A stretch of 64,000 bases of DNA. Source: Squalus acanthias (taxonomy: Eukaryota). The translations under genes and the position numbers were made by a program. Under the pieces are notes generated by a model. The model was given only the letters and a program-made list of their open reading frames with translations, had not been told where the DNA came from and searched no databases. The stretch is taken from NCBI GenBank assembly GCA_030390025.1, contig CM059432.1:64234001-64298000 (forward strand), read 5' to 3'. This document shows, piece after piece, positions 38,086 to 50,678 of this stretch (its first letter is position 1; every line of letters starts with the position of its first letter).

Positions 38086-40163
38086 AGAATCATAGAAATT
38101 TACGGCCCATCGTGTCTGTGCCGGTTGAAAAAGAGCTGTCCACCCTAATCCCACTTTCCAGCTCTTGGTCTGTAGCCTTTCAGGTTACGGCACTTCAAGT
38201 GCATATCCAAGTACTTTTTAAATGTGATGAGCGTTTCTGCCTTTACCACCCTTTCAGGCAGTGCATTCCAGACCCGCACCGTCCTCTGGGTGAAAAAATT
38301 TCTCAACTCCCTCTAATTCTTTGACCCATTACTTTAAATCAATGCACCCTAGTTATTGACCTCTCTGCTAAGGGAAATAGGTGCTTCCTATCCACTCTAT
38401 CTCGGTGCCTCATAATTTTATACACCTCAATTAAGTCTCCTCTGTTCCAAAGAAAACAACCGCACCCTATCCAATCTTTCCTCATAGCTAAAATTCTCCA
38501 GTCTTGGCAATATCCTTGTAAATCTCCTCTGTATCCTCTCTAGTGCAATCACATCTTTCCTGTAATGTAGTGACCAGAACTGTACGCAGTACTCTAGCTG
38601 TGGCCTAACTGGAATGCACTGCCTGAAAGGGTGGTAGAGGCAGTTCTAGCATAACCTCTCTGCTCTTGTATTCTATGCCTTAGCTAATAAAGGAAAGTAT
38701 CCTGTGTGCTTTCTTAGGTTATCTCAACTGCCAGTTCAGCAACTTAGAAAAAGCTTACTACTACAAAGGCCTATTAGCTCATTCGATTCCCATTCTTAAC
38801 CCTTTAATTATAGCAGAGCTCGAAAGCCCCACTTCACTGCCATGTGGGACCTTGTCAAAGGCCTTGCTAAAATCCATGTAGACTACATCAAATGCACTAC
38901 CCTCACCAACCCTCTTCGTTACCTCCTCAAAAAATTCAATCTAGTTAGTCAGACACTACCTTCCCTTAACAAATCCATGCTGACTGTCCTTGATTAATCC
39001 ATTTCTTTCTAAATGATGATTTATACTGTCTCTCAGAATTTTTTTCAATAGTTTTCCCACCATCAAGGTTAGTCTGACTGGCCTGTAATTACTCGGTCTA
39101 TCCCTTTCTCCCTTTTTAAACAGTGGCACAACGTTAGCAGTCCTCCAATCCTCTGGCACCACGCCTATAACCAGAGAGGATTGGAAAATAATGGTCAGAG
39201 CCTCCGCTATTTCCTCCCTTGCCTCTCTTAACAGCCTGGGATACATTTCATCCGGGCCTGGCGATATATCTACTTTCAAAGATGCTAAACCTCTTAATAC
39301 TTCCTCTCTCTCTATGTTTATCCCATCTAATATTTCACAATCCTCCTCCTCCTCCTTAACTACAATGTCTGCATCGTCCCTCTCTTCTGTGAAGACAGAG
39401 GCAAAGTATTCATTAAGAACCATACCCACATCTTCCGCCTCCACGCATAGGTTACCTATTTGGTCTCTCATCGGCCCTACTCTTTCCTTAGTTATTCTCT
39501 TGCTCTTTAAGTATTTATAAAACATCTTTGGGTTTTCCTTGATTTTACTTGCCAATATTTTTTCATTCCCTCTCTTTGCTTTCCTAATATCTTTTTTAAT
39601 TTCACCCCTGCACTTTCTATACACCTCTAGGCTTTCTATAGTATTGAGCTCTCGGTATCGGACATAAGCTTCCATCTTTTTTCCTTATCCTACCCTATAT
39701 GCTCCTTGACATCCAGGGGGTTCGAGATTTGGGAGTCCCACCCTTTTCCTTTGTGGGAACATATTTGCTCTGAACCCTCACTATCTCCTCTTTGAATGTC
39801 TTCCACTGCTGACACCGATTTACCTTCAAGTTTCTCTCTCCAGTCCACTTTTGCTAAATCACATCTCAGCTTAGTAAAATTGGCCTTTTCCCAATCAATA
39901 ACTTTTACACCTGGCCTATCATTGTCCTTTTCCATAACTATGCTAAATCTAACTGAATTATGATCACTACCACCAAAATGCTCTCCCACTGATACTCCTT
40001 CCACCTGCCCAGCTTCATTCCCTAAAACTAAGTCCAGAACTGCCCCCTCTCTTGTTGGGCTTGTTATGTACTGGCTAAAAAAGTTCTCCTTAATTCATTA
40101 AAAAAAATTTGCACCCTCTATATCGTTTATGCTAATTCTATCCCAGTTAATATTAGGGTAGTA
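38086..40163 (-). mobile_element. CR1 LINE ORF2 with internal deletion and filler
   Basis: GGSDHNSV, SPGPDEMYP, NYRPVRLT and QHGF motifs; reverse CR1 tail at 38086. Confidence 0.9.
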
Positions 40164-40535
40164 TTACCACTCTCTGGAACAGGTTCTCTAGGGAGATGGT
40201 GGAAGCATTTAGTATTGATTAATTTAAATGCACATTAGATAGATATCATTCAGAAAATAACATTTTGGGATGCAGTATATAAGTAATTTGAGACATGACA
40301 CATGGTAAGTGTAGCATGCTTGGGAGGAACAGGTTACTTTGGATCTATTGTTTCCAAAGCTCTCTACCACTGATTTTCCTCACATCATGTCTGGGTCGGT
40401 TGTAGACTGATTGATAGAGATTGATTGCTATGATTAGCCAACAACTCCATTATTGTTACATCACATGACTACAAGGATGGTAGAAGGTGATCTAGATGGA
40501 CCTTGGTTTTTTTTGTCTAGCATTTCCCATGTTCC
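40164..40535 (+). mobile_element. Ancient CR1-type 3' end with long 3' UTR
   Basis: WNRFSREMVEA-like frame, then tagatggaccttgg...ttcccatgttcc terminus. Confidence 0.5.
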
Positions 40536-40989
40536 AACAATAATTTTTAGACTCAGATCTCAGTTGTAACCAAAGGTTTGAACGTTTCCAGCACTTTTTG
40601 CTTTTGTTTTAAACCATATGTTACCCATGTGATTTTAAATTGCATGACTTCAAAATTTATGCAATCAAAAGATCTTACTAGAGAACCTGAATACCCTGCT
40701 TTGCACATTCTTACCTTTAAAACGCATGTGATGAAACAGTTTTGTTAAAACTCAGTGTATTTTTAAAGTTGTTATGATTTAATGATAGAACAAACAGTTT
40801 TCATCTCGTTTCCAGCTCAACATGATTTCTAAGTTATAATTCCTAGCATGAGTACATCATTGTATTACATGTCAATAAAGTCAAATAATCCATTTTGCAA
40901 TCTCTTACACTCACTGCAAGGTTTCAATACCAGATGAAGAGGACAATTTTCCACTGTTTACCTAGCTTTAAAAATGCTTCAGTCATTTA

Positions 40990-41861
40990 GGCTGGATTTT
41001 TCCTCTCGATGCAGCTTGGGGGCGGGACAGCTGCCTTCCGGGTTCCAATCCCGCCCCCAATGACGTCCGACGCACAGACGCGATTTTGCGTCAGTTGGTC
41101 TTGTTAAGCCCGCCCTGCGGGCTTGCCGGCCAGTTAAGAGAAAGCCGGTGTCAGATGATGTCAGTTGATGACGCGTCATCTGCCGGTTTTCTTAAAGGGG
41201 CCATGCACAATTTTTTTTGACAGCTGATTTTTCAGTGTTTGACAGCATTGAGGTGCTGCAAACACTAACAATCACAGTACAAAGGTGAGCTCTTGCACCC
41301 AGGCTCTCCATGACTCCCTCCTTAGGCTAGAACAGATGGCAGCTGCAGGTGAGGTTACAGAAGCGATCTGTCACTGGTGAGAGAGGTTCTCCCAATGAGG
41401 TGGGACTACACAAACAATTCAAAACTTGTCACCTACAGAAAAGTCTAAATACATTAAAAATGATTTTCCCAACATTTTCTTACCTCTGAAACTCACCAGT
41501 GTACTATTGGATCCTTCACACCACTTCTGCAGCTGTCATCAATGCACAAACATTGTAGTAGATCCACAGCACGCCACACTTACCTGGCGTGGTATCCGGA
41601 CATCAGGAAGCCCGCAGTAGACCTGTCAAAATTGCAAAAAGCCTCTTAACTGCTTGTTAACCTGTTAACAAGCAGTTAAGTGCCTATAATCTTCTTCCCG
41701 CCGCTAGGTGTTGGGTCTATGTGCAAATCGGGGACCCGACACTTGGGAAGATTGTTTGGAGGCGGGTTGACAGCAGGTTTCCGACCCGCTGTCAATCTTT
41801 GCGATTTTGCCGGATGTCCCACCTCCAAACCCGCCCCCTGAGCGCCAGCAAAATTCCGGCC
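40990..41861 (+). mobile_element. MITE family M1 copy (uninterrupted)
   Basis: TTA TSD on both sides (canonical Harbinger); TIRs ggctggatttt / aaaattccggcc. Confidence 0.85.
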
Positions 41862-42793
41862 TTAGTTTCCCTGCAGAATGATCTCAGATGGTCAGGAAAA
41901 TTACAACATCTGTAATGCTTTGCACGTATTAAAATTGCACATACCTGAGTGATAATGTTGGGTAGAAACTGATAGCAATATAAAGAAATATTGCTGAGAT
42001 ATAATGAACTTTTTCCATTTTATTCCAAATGCATAGGTCATCCTTCAGAGCACATTTTATTACAGTAGTCATTTTACAGTCATTTTCATTAATTAATGTT
42101 CGGCCCTTTGTAACATGATGCATGAAATGTTCTTATATGGATACATGTATCTCCTTTTTGCTCTTATCCTTTTCCTTCATTCAAAATGTATGATTGACCT
42201 GGAAAATAACTTTAAAAAGTGAGTATGTTACTTATTACCAAAATAGACATCTGATGGCAGCTCATCCATTAATGACTGAAAATGGGTTTCAATTATGCTA
42301 TGATATTGGTAACAGATGCATTGATGCATTTATATGAAATTCCTTTGATCTCTATTTTAATGAAGGCATTAACCTTTAACTAGCAAATAGAGGAATTTCA
42401 TACAAATGCATAAATATCACTTAACATAGTTTCAACCCAAATGTCCACTAATAAATACAATTAATTTACAACCATCACTCTACAGCCTTCTAATTGCAAT
42501 ACATGGAGTCAGTGTCATGAACACCAGTCACATATTCTAGCTTTCCTCTTAACTCTCTATTGGTTATACGAAGCAGCTGCAATAAACAGAAGAGGAAACA
42601 AAATGCTCTTGCAGATTACCTTTTACTAATGCTTTCTTCCCAGCTTTTAAATGTTTGTGAAAATTTTGGCAACAAATTTATATATCATGCAAAACAAGCA
42701 TATTTGTGAATTTACTTCTTCATTCTTTATGTGAATCAGTAAACAATTTAGATCGGCCATGACAACTGTTAAGAGCACTCCTTAAAACATTTA

Positions 42794-42963
42794 GGGGTGG
42801 AAATTCATCTTAGGCGGAAGTGCAAAACGGGGGTTTTCATATCAGCCGTTCGATATTCAGGTCCATTTACTCCAATAGAACTGAATATCAAGTGGGCCGT
42901 GTAACAGGCGGCGGATGCAGTAACGCCCGTTTAGTGCGACCATCCAAGATGAATTTCTACCCT
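42794..42963. mobile_element. 170-bp Harbinger-type MITE
   Basis: TIRs ggggtggaaattcatctt / aagatgaatttctaccc; TTA flanks. Confidence 0.75.
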
Positions 42964-43582
42964 TTAAACTGAGCTAACAAATGCAACACTGGCCAGGGAA
43001 ATGTGGTGATGGCCTTGGATTTGGTGATGCATTTACATTAAGATCTTTACTGCAGCAACCTTGTTGTTCTGGGTGTTTCCAATTTAAACACATGAAATAT
43101 GCCATAATTCCACTTTATGTATTAGTGAATTTTTGGGTGGAAACCAGGCTATGTGATATTGGTAATAATCTCCTAGAATCTTGAACACCCAACAGAAAAA
43201 CCTCCAATATTTCATCGAATGATGCTGCTTTTTCAGTGGAAATGAACAAACATTGTTGTCATAGTCACAGAACACCTCTGTAATGTCAGGTCACTCGTGG
43301 GATGGATCACATAGACGGAAACATTATTATAGTCTTGGGCCCCAATATTTACGGGGAGGCGAGTTGGGAACAGGGGAAGCATGGTAGTTGGGGGTGGGGA
43401 TGGGGGAAACCCACAAATCTCGGCAATGTGGAGGTCCTGCTGAATTTAATGGCAGGACCTCATCATTTTTTATTCGGTTTCCTGCACGGCAACCGGCCAG
43501 AATGACAGGCTGACCAGCTGCTGGGTGGAAAAACCAGCGGCAGAAGGCTGCAGCCGGGGACAGTCCCTGGCAACCGGCAATC

Positions 43583-45430
43583 AGCAACAACAAGAAGCAT
43601 TTATATAGCACCTTTAACGTAGTAAAATGTCCCAAGGCGCTTCACAGGAGTATTATATGACAAAAAAATTGATACCGATCCACATAAGGAGAAATTAAGG
43701 CACGAGACCAAAAGCTTGGTCAGAGGGGTAGGTTTTATGGAGCGTCTTAAAGGAGGAAAGAGAGGCGGAGAGGTTTAGGCAGGGAATTCCAGAGCTTAGG
43801 GCCTAGGCAACAGTAGGCACAGCTTCCAATGATTGAGCGATTATAATCAGGGATGCTCAAGAGGGCAGAATTAGAAGAGCGCAGATATCTCGCGGGGTTG
43901 TGGGGCTGAAGGAGATTACAGAGATAGGAAGGGGCGAGGCCAAGGAGGGATTTGAAAACAAGGATGAGAATTTTGAAATCAAGGCATTGCTTAACCGGGA
44001 GTCAATGTAGGTCAACGAGCACAGGGGTGATGGGTGAACAGGACTTGGTGCGAGTTAGGACACGGGCAGCCGAGTTTTGGATGACCTCAAGTTTACATAG
44101 GGTAGAACGTGGGAGGCCAGCCAGGAGTGCGTTGGAATAGTCAAGTCTAGAGGTAATAAAGGCAAACGGTTTCAGCAGTGGATGAGCTGGGGCAAGGGCA
44201 GAGATGGGCGACGTACGGAGGTGGAAATAGGCAGTCTATGCTGCAGATATGTGGTCGGAAGCTCATTTCAGGGTCAAATATGACACTAAGGGGGCGATTT
44301 TGCCAGCCCTGGGGAGGCGGGACTGCCGGGAAAATGGCAGAATCTGGGGACGGGTACCCATCCCGCCCTCAACTCGCCTCCGTGCCATCTTCCCAGCAGG
44401 TGGGTACCCGACCTGCGCCAGGTCCCGTCTCCAAGAGGCAGGAAGGGGATTACAGCCACTTAACTGCCTGTTAACAGGCAGTTAAGAGGATTATCCCCAT
44501 TTTTCCAGCAGAGGTGCGGGCTTCCCGATATCGGGAAACCCCGCCAGGGTCACCGAGGCGAGCAGTGGGTCTGCGGGGGGTCGGAGAGATTCAAAAGTGC
44601 TCTGTGGAGGTGAGTGATGGTTGCAAGTATGGAGAGGTAAGTATGTGAGGTGAGTGAAAAGTGTTAGAAAAAGTTTCCTTACCTTTGTTTCTTCCTGCAG
44701 GCTTCAATCGTTGGGGATCTGGAGGCTCCGGCATCTCCACGGCAGAGATGACAGAATGGCTGCTGCAGTCTCCGATGCAACAGCCATCTGATTTCTGCTC
44801 AGGAAATACGTTTGGTGAGCCTCGAGTACAAGAACTCACCAAACAACAGAGAATGTCAGTGTTTGACAGCTTCTCAAAGCTGTCAAATGATGACAATTCA
44901 TCTGTCAAAAATTTGACAGATGAAACGTCATACGCTGACGTTCTCTGTAACCAGCTTCCCCTTAATTGGCCTGCTAAGCCCGCTGGGTGGGCTTAACTAG
45001 GTCAATCAAGGGAAAATAGTGTGTGTTGGCCACAAGTCGATGGAGGCGGAACTAAAACCCGACAAGCAGCAGTCCCGCCTCCAACGCGCCCCCATTGGCA
45101 AAATCAGCCTCCAGGATTGCAAACAGTGTTGTTCAGCCTCAGACAGATGTTATGGGGAGGGATGGAGTCAGTGGCTAGGGAACAGAGTTTGTGGCGGGGA
45201 CCGAAAACAATGGCTTTGGTCTTCCCAATACTTAATTGGAGAAAATTTCTGCTCATCCAGAACTGGATGTTGGACAAGCAGTCTGACAATTTAGAGACCG
45301 TGGAAGGGTCGAGAGAAGTGGTGGTGAGGTAGAGCTGGGTGTCGTCAGCATACATGTAGAAACTGACCCTGTGTTTTTGAGTGATGTCGCCAAGAGGCAA
45401 CATGTAGATGAGAAATAGGAGGGGGCCAGT
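43583..45430 (-). mobile_element. L2 LINE 3' part split by MITE M1
   Basis: GPLLFLIYMLPLG...YADDTQLY RT motif; L2 tail (gctatataaatgc...ttgttg) at 43583-43650. Confidence 0.85.
44290..45111 (-). mobile_element. MITE family M1 copy
   Basis: Close homolog of 30070-30857; TIRs gggggcgattttgcca / tggcaaaatcagcctc. Confidence 0.85.
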
Positions 45431-46121
45431 CAGCTGATCATGGCAGTGAGAAGAGGCCATGATTGGTAGAATGTTTGTTTGAGGGACTGTGGGAGCACTC
45501 CTGCTCCTCCTGGCTCACAAGGAATGCTATAAAAAAGCACTTACTGTCTGCAGCCAGCTGGTCCCATCTCCATTTAGCTTCTGGGTTTCCTGCGCACTGG
45601 GAAACCTGGCCAGAAACAGTTAAATTTACATCAGGCTCCCAACTGCAATGTGCGAGCCTGATTTAAATATTATAATGAGGTGTCCCGCCTCTCAAGAGAG
45701 GGGCCCAGACATGCCACGCAACCTGCCACCTTACAAATGGCGGCAGACACGTATGCAGCTGTTTGAGGTCGTGTTTTGCAATTTTTAAATATTCACCCCG
45801 CCCCCCTGACCCTCTCCTGCCCGTCGTAGAGTTTTAATTTCGACCCCTTGAAGTCCAAACTGTAACTGTAAAGGTCAACTGATGCAAATCTTTTGAGTAT
45901 GCATTGAATACATAAGGGTCTGTTTAATAAAGTCTAAGGTGTTTATTAACATGTGAACAAAGAAACCTCATATTAGTTTATTTCAATACCTATTTTATTA
46001 TACACATAACTATTTCTATTTATCTTGGCTACTAGGGTTGCCAACTCTCGTTTGATGCATTCCTTGAGATTTGATCATGCGACTTTTTAATCACATGGCA
46101 TTCGATCACAACACCACTCAT

Positions 46122-48304
46122 AACAGGTTAATAGATGGAGAAAAGCTGATTTTGAGGGGCTGAGAATAGAACTTGGGGGAAAAAAATGGGCAATAATATT
46201 GGCAAACAACAATGTAGAACAGCAATGGGAAACATTTAAAACGGTGTTCAACAGAGTGCAGGAAAAATATATTCCGCTAAAAGGAAAGAACAAACTAAAC
46301 ACTAATGAGACTCATGGATAAATAAAGCCATAAGGGAACAATTGAGCTTAAGGAAAGAGGCATACATTAAGTACATAGACATCAGGGGAGTGCATGATAA
46401 GAGAGAATACAAAAAGATTAGGAGAGAAGTCAAAAAAACAATTAGGGAGGCAAAGAGGAACTATGATATTAAATTATCAAGGAATATAAAACAAAATAGT
46501 AAGATATTTTATAGGCACATCAATAAAAAAAGCAAGGTTGGGATGGGAACAAGACAATACCAGAGGCAACGATAGAGAGAAGGCAGAAATATTAAATAAT
46601 TATTTTGCTTCATTATTTACCGGGGAGATAGAAAAGGTGGACATGACATTGGATAAGGAGATTAGTAATGAGATAAGTGCATTTAAAATAAAACAAAGGG
46701 GATATATTAAATAAACTAATCAAACTCAGAGGATAAAACCCCTGGTCCAGATGGATTGCATCCACACATCTTTTAAAAATCTACGGAAGAGATAGCAGGG
46801 GCATTACTACACATATTTAATAATTAATTAGAAAAAGGTGTAGTGCCAGAGGACTGGTGGATAGCTAACGTAATACCGATATTTAAGAAGGGGGATAGAA
46901 CATGTCCAGGGAATTATAGACCAGTCAGCTTAACATCGGTGATAGGAAAAATAATGGAATCCCTACTGAAGGAGAAAATGGAAGAACATCTAGAAACCAA
47001 AAACATAATAATGAATAGTCAACATGGATTTCAAAAGGGAAAGTCTTGCTTGACCAACCTTATTGAATTTTTTGAAAAGGTAACAAAGAGAGTAGACAAT
47101 GGTAATGTAGTAGATGTAATTTATCTGGATTTTCAAATAGCCTCCGATAAGGTACCCCATAATAGACTGATGAACAAGGTCAGGGAATGCGGAGTCAGGG
47201 GACAAGTAGCAGAATGGATTGCTGGCGCAAGACAGAAAGCGCAGACTAGGAGTAAGGGGTAGCTATTCACAGTGGCAGAAGGTGGGTAGTGGTGTTCCAC
47301 AAGGATCAGTGCTGGGACCACTGCTGTTCACAATTTACATTAACGATGTAGACTTAGGAATCAAAAACACAATTTCTAAATTTGCGGGTGACACCAAATT
47401 GGGGGGGATAGTCAATACTGAGGAGGACTGCAACAAGTTACAGGAGGACATTAATAAACTTGCAGAATGGGCATATAATTGGCAAATGAAGTTCAACACA
47501 GATAAATGTGAGGTATTACATTTTGGTAGGAAGAATAGGGAGGTCACTTATCACTTGGAAGGTGTGAGTCTAGGTGGGGTAGAGGAACAAAGGGATCTAG
47601 GAGTACAAATACACAAATCACTAAAAGTTGCGACATAGGTTAGCAAGGCCATAAAGAAAAGCAAACCAAGCACTAGGGTTTATTTCTAGAGGGATAGAAT
47701 TGTAAAGCAGGAAAGTTATGCTAAACCTGTATCGAACCTTGGTTAGACCACACTTAAAGTACTGCGTACAATTCTGGTCGCCATATTATAAAAGGATATA
47801 GAGGCACTGGAGTGGGTGCAGAGAAGATTTACAAGGATAATACCAGAAATGCGAGGGTATACAGGAAAGGATGAACAGGCTGGGTCTCTTTTCTCTTGAA
47901 AAAAAAAGGCTGAGGGGTGACCTAATACAGGTCTATAAAATTATGAAAAATGTTGATAGAGTTGATACAGAGAAAATGTTTCCACTTTTGGGGAAGAGCA
48001 TAACTACAGGCCATCAATATAAGATAGTCACCAAGAAATCCAATAGGGAATTCAGAAGAAACTTCTTTACCCAGAGGGTGGTGAGAATGTGGAACTTACT
48101 ACCACAGGGAGTGGTTGAAGCAAATAGTATAGATGCATTTAAGGGGAGGCTAGACAAGCATATGAGGGAAAAGGGAATAGACGGTTATGCTGATAGATTT
48201 AGATGAGGAAAGACAGGAGGAGGCTCGTGTGGAGCATAAACGCCGGCATGGACTGGTTGGGCTGAATGTCCTGTTTCTGTGCCGTATATCCTATGGAATC
48301 CTAA
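46122..48304 (+). mobile_element. AT-rich CR1 subfamily, 5'-truncated and degenerate
   Basis: PGNYRPVSLTS, QHGFQKG, GVPQGSVLGP motifs with several frameshifts; CR1 3' UTR. Confidence 0.9.
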
Positions 48305-49083
48305 GTAATCATGTGATGCTTAATCATATGACATTTGATTACGTGACATTCAACGTTCCCGTTAAGCTGCGTGGCTGTGCAGCGGTCTGGAGGTCCTGCA
48401 CTGGCCGCTCACTGGCTTTTCAATACAAGAAACCGTACGTGTGAAAATTTGAATGGGCCACGCACCCCCAAAAAAAGTAGAGGGAGCATTGGTGACATTT
48501 TCCCACTGTTTGCAAATGTTAATACAGTTACCTTAGTTGAGTGTCTGAGTATCAACAAGCCCCGAATAAAGTATTTGACTTTTTGTTTTATAGCGAAATG
48601 AACAACATAATTTATAAATCAAAGAAAGAACACAAAAGAATAGAAAGATTTAAGGATAAGTAATGTTTAAATAAAACTACTTCTGTGATGTTTCTACAGT
48701 AGCGACTGCAATGAGAAACATCAAGTAAATACCATTGATTCAACAAAAACATCGATACAAGTAACTTCTAACTCAAGTTTTCGTACAATTTTATGACTTT
48801 TTACAATACACAGCAAATTCTAAAAATAATAAATAAAACCAAAACCAAACCTAATTCAATTCACTGACTCCCACACCCCACTGTGGAAACCCAGCTTCAA
48901 GGACGTGAGGCTCAGTCCTCAGAGAGCAGCACCAAAACTGTCTGACTCCTGTAATAAAACACTTTATATAACAGCGCACATCACAGGCTGACATAAACTC
49001 TCCCTTGCTCAAATTCTGTTTCTCTATCTCTCCCTCCCCCAGTTTGCGTGTGTCTCTCCTCAGTTACTCTCTCAGGACTCATG

Positions 49084-49856
49084 GGGGGAAAAATTCAGCT
49101 GCTTGCGCCTCCCGTTAGCGCCTTAAGAGGGCGCTAATGGGGCGTAAAGCAGCTAACGCCCGGGCGCAGCGCCGCCCACGCCTCCCGAAAAATTCAGCGG
49201 GAGGTTAGCGGCGGCGGCAGCCGGTAGCGCCCTGTGGCGCTGCGCCACCGGCGATGACGTCATCGCCGTGCGCAGCACCCCGCTCGCGCCCCAGCCGTGA
49301 TCTTCAGTCGCGCCCCCTGATTTACCGCCAGACGCTATGTCCGACGGGTTCAGGGAGGCGTACGTGCGGCCGGGGCGGCGATATTTAAAGGGGAGGTGGC
49401 AGGCGGCCATTTTTGTTGCTGGCCGCCTGCCAGCACCTGCCCCCGTTGCTGTCCCCGGCCCCCGTGAAGCCCCCCCACCGTGAAGTGCCGGCTGCGCTCC
49501 AAGAGCCCGGCACTTCTCTTGAGTGCCGGGCTCTTTTGCCGGCACTCCCGATCCCTAGGGGCCCAGCTGGGCCCCGGTTCGCGCTGCGCAGGGTCCCTCC
49601 CCTTTAAGAAGGGGAGGAAGGCCTGCAATACCGCGGCGCGACGTGCCGCAGCGCGTGGCGCTGCGGCACGTAGCGCCAGGATATTCACTCGCAGCGCCCC
49701 AAGAGGGATGCGGGGTGCTTCCAGTGGCGCCCCGCTTCCCTCTTGGGGCGCAACCACTGAAGTTCCGGCGCGGGGCCGCTAATTTTTTCGGGGCGCTAAA
49801 AGTCGCGCCCCGGCGAGGTTAGCGCCCCAAATGGGGCGCGACTCAATTTTTACCCC
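49084..49856. mobile_element. GC/CpG-rich MITE family M2 (young-looking copy)
   Basis: TSD ATG; TIRs gggggaaaaatt / aatttttacccc. Confidence 0.85.
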
Positions 49857-49986
49857 ATGGAGTTTTCAGATGAGTTTCATTGGCTCTGATGCCGTCATCC
49901 TCACCACTGGAAATGAAGCGGTGTGCTCCGAATAGTAGGGGTCCAGCAGGGCTCCGACAACGCGGTTTGGTTGCAAGCCATGACAG

Positions 49987-50142
49987 TCAGGGTACTGCAC
50001 ATCCGCGAACTGCACATACAAGGACTATTTCTCCTAAGTCGCCAGCAGCAGCGCTCAGGAGACCAATCGCCCATTCCGGTATTCTCCCTCCGACAGCGGG
50101 AGGTTTGGGAACCGTATTGGATGCTTGTATTGTGGAATGTGC
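49987..50142 (-). pseudogene. Candidate decayed exon encoding a juxtamembrane/TM-like segment
   Basis: Acceptor tttttgtcctgcttccag, then AHSTIQASNTVPKPPAVGGRIPEWAIGLLSAAAGDLGEIVLVCAVRGCAVP*. Confidence 0.3.
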
Positions 50143-50169
50143 CTGGAAGCAGGACAAAAATAATTGTAC

Positions 50170-50423
50170 AGAAGCAAAATACTGTGGATGCTGGAAATCT
50201 GAAATAAAAACAGAAAATGCTGGAAATACTCAGCAGGTCAGGCAGCATCTGTGGAGAGAGAGAGAGAGAGAGAGAGAGTTAACGGTTCAGGTCGATGACC
50301 CTTCGTCAGAACTGGGAAAAAGTTCTGACGAAGGGTCATTGACCTGAAATGTTAAATCTGTTTCTCTCTCCACAGATGCTGCCTGACCTGCTGAGCATTT
50401 CCAGCATTTTCTGTTTTTATTAC
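50170..50423. mobile_element. Palindromic family-B Penelope-type element with two back-to-back hammerhead motifs
   Basis: 12-bp TSD aaataattgtac (50158-50169, 50424-50435); inverted arms; HHR-like cores at 50277-50313 (-) and 50321-50357 (+). Confidence 0.8.
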
Positions 50424-50678
50424 AAATAATTGTACCTCTGCTCAGTAATTAACTGACAGGACAGATGCTTCACCATCGCCTGTCTACAAGCCATACTACA
50501 CATATCAGACAGTACCAAATTTAAAGGGTTTACGGTGTCACCTTCTTCTGATATTGGAGACGGAGTGGCAGAAACCATCTTCAGCTACCTTGACCTTAAG
50601 CTCTGGAATTCCTTCCCTAAACCTCGTCACCTCTCTACTTCTTTCTTCTTCTTTAGGGATATGGTAGCATAGTGGTTA

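Noticed and set aside
49153..49782. Overlapping 100-135 aa ORFs in the GC-rich segment
   Set aside because: Stop-poor GC-rich MITE sequence with low-complexity A/R/G/P translations.
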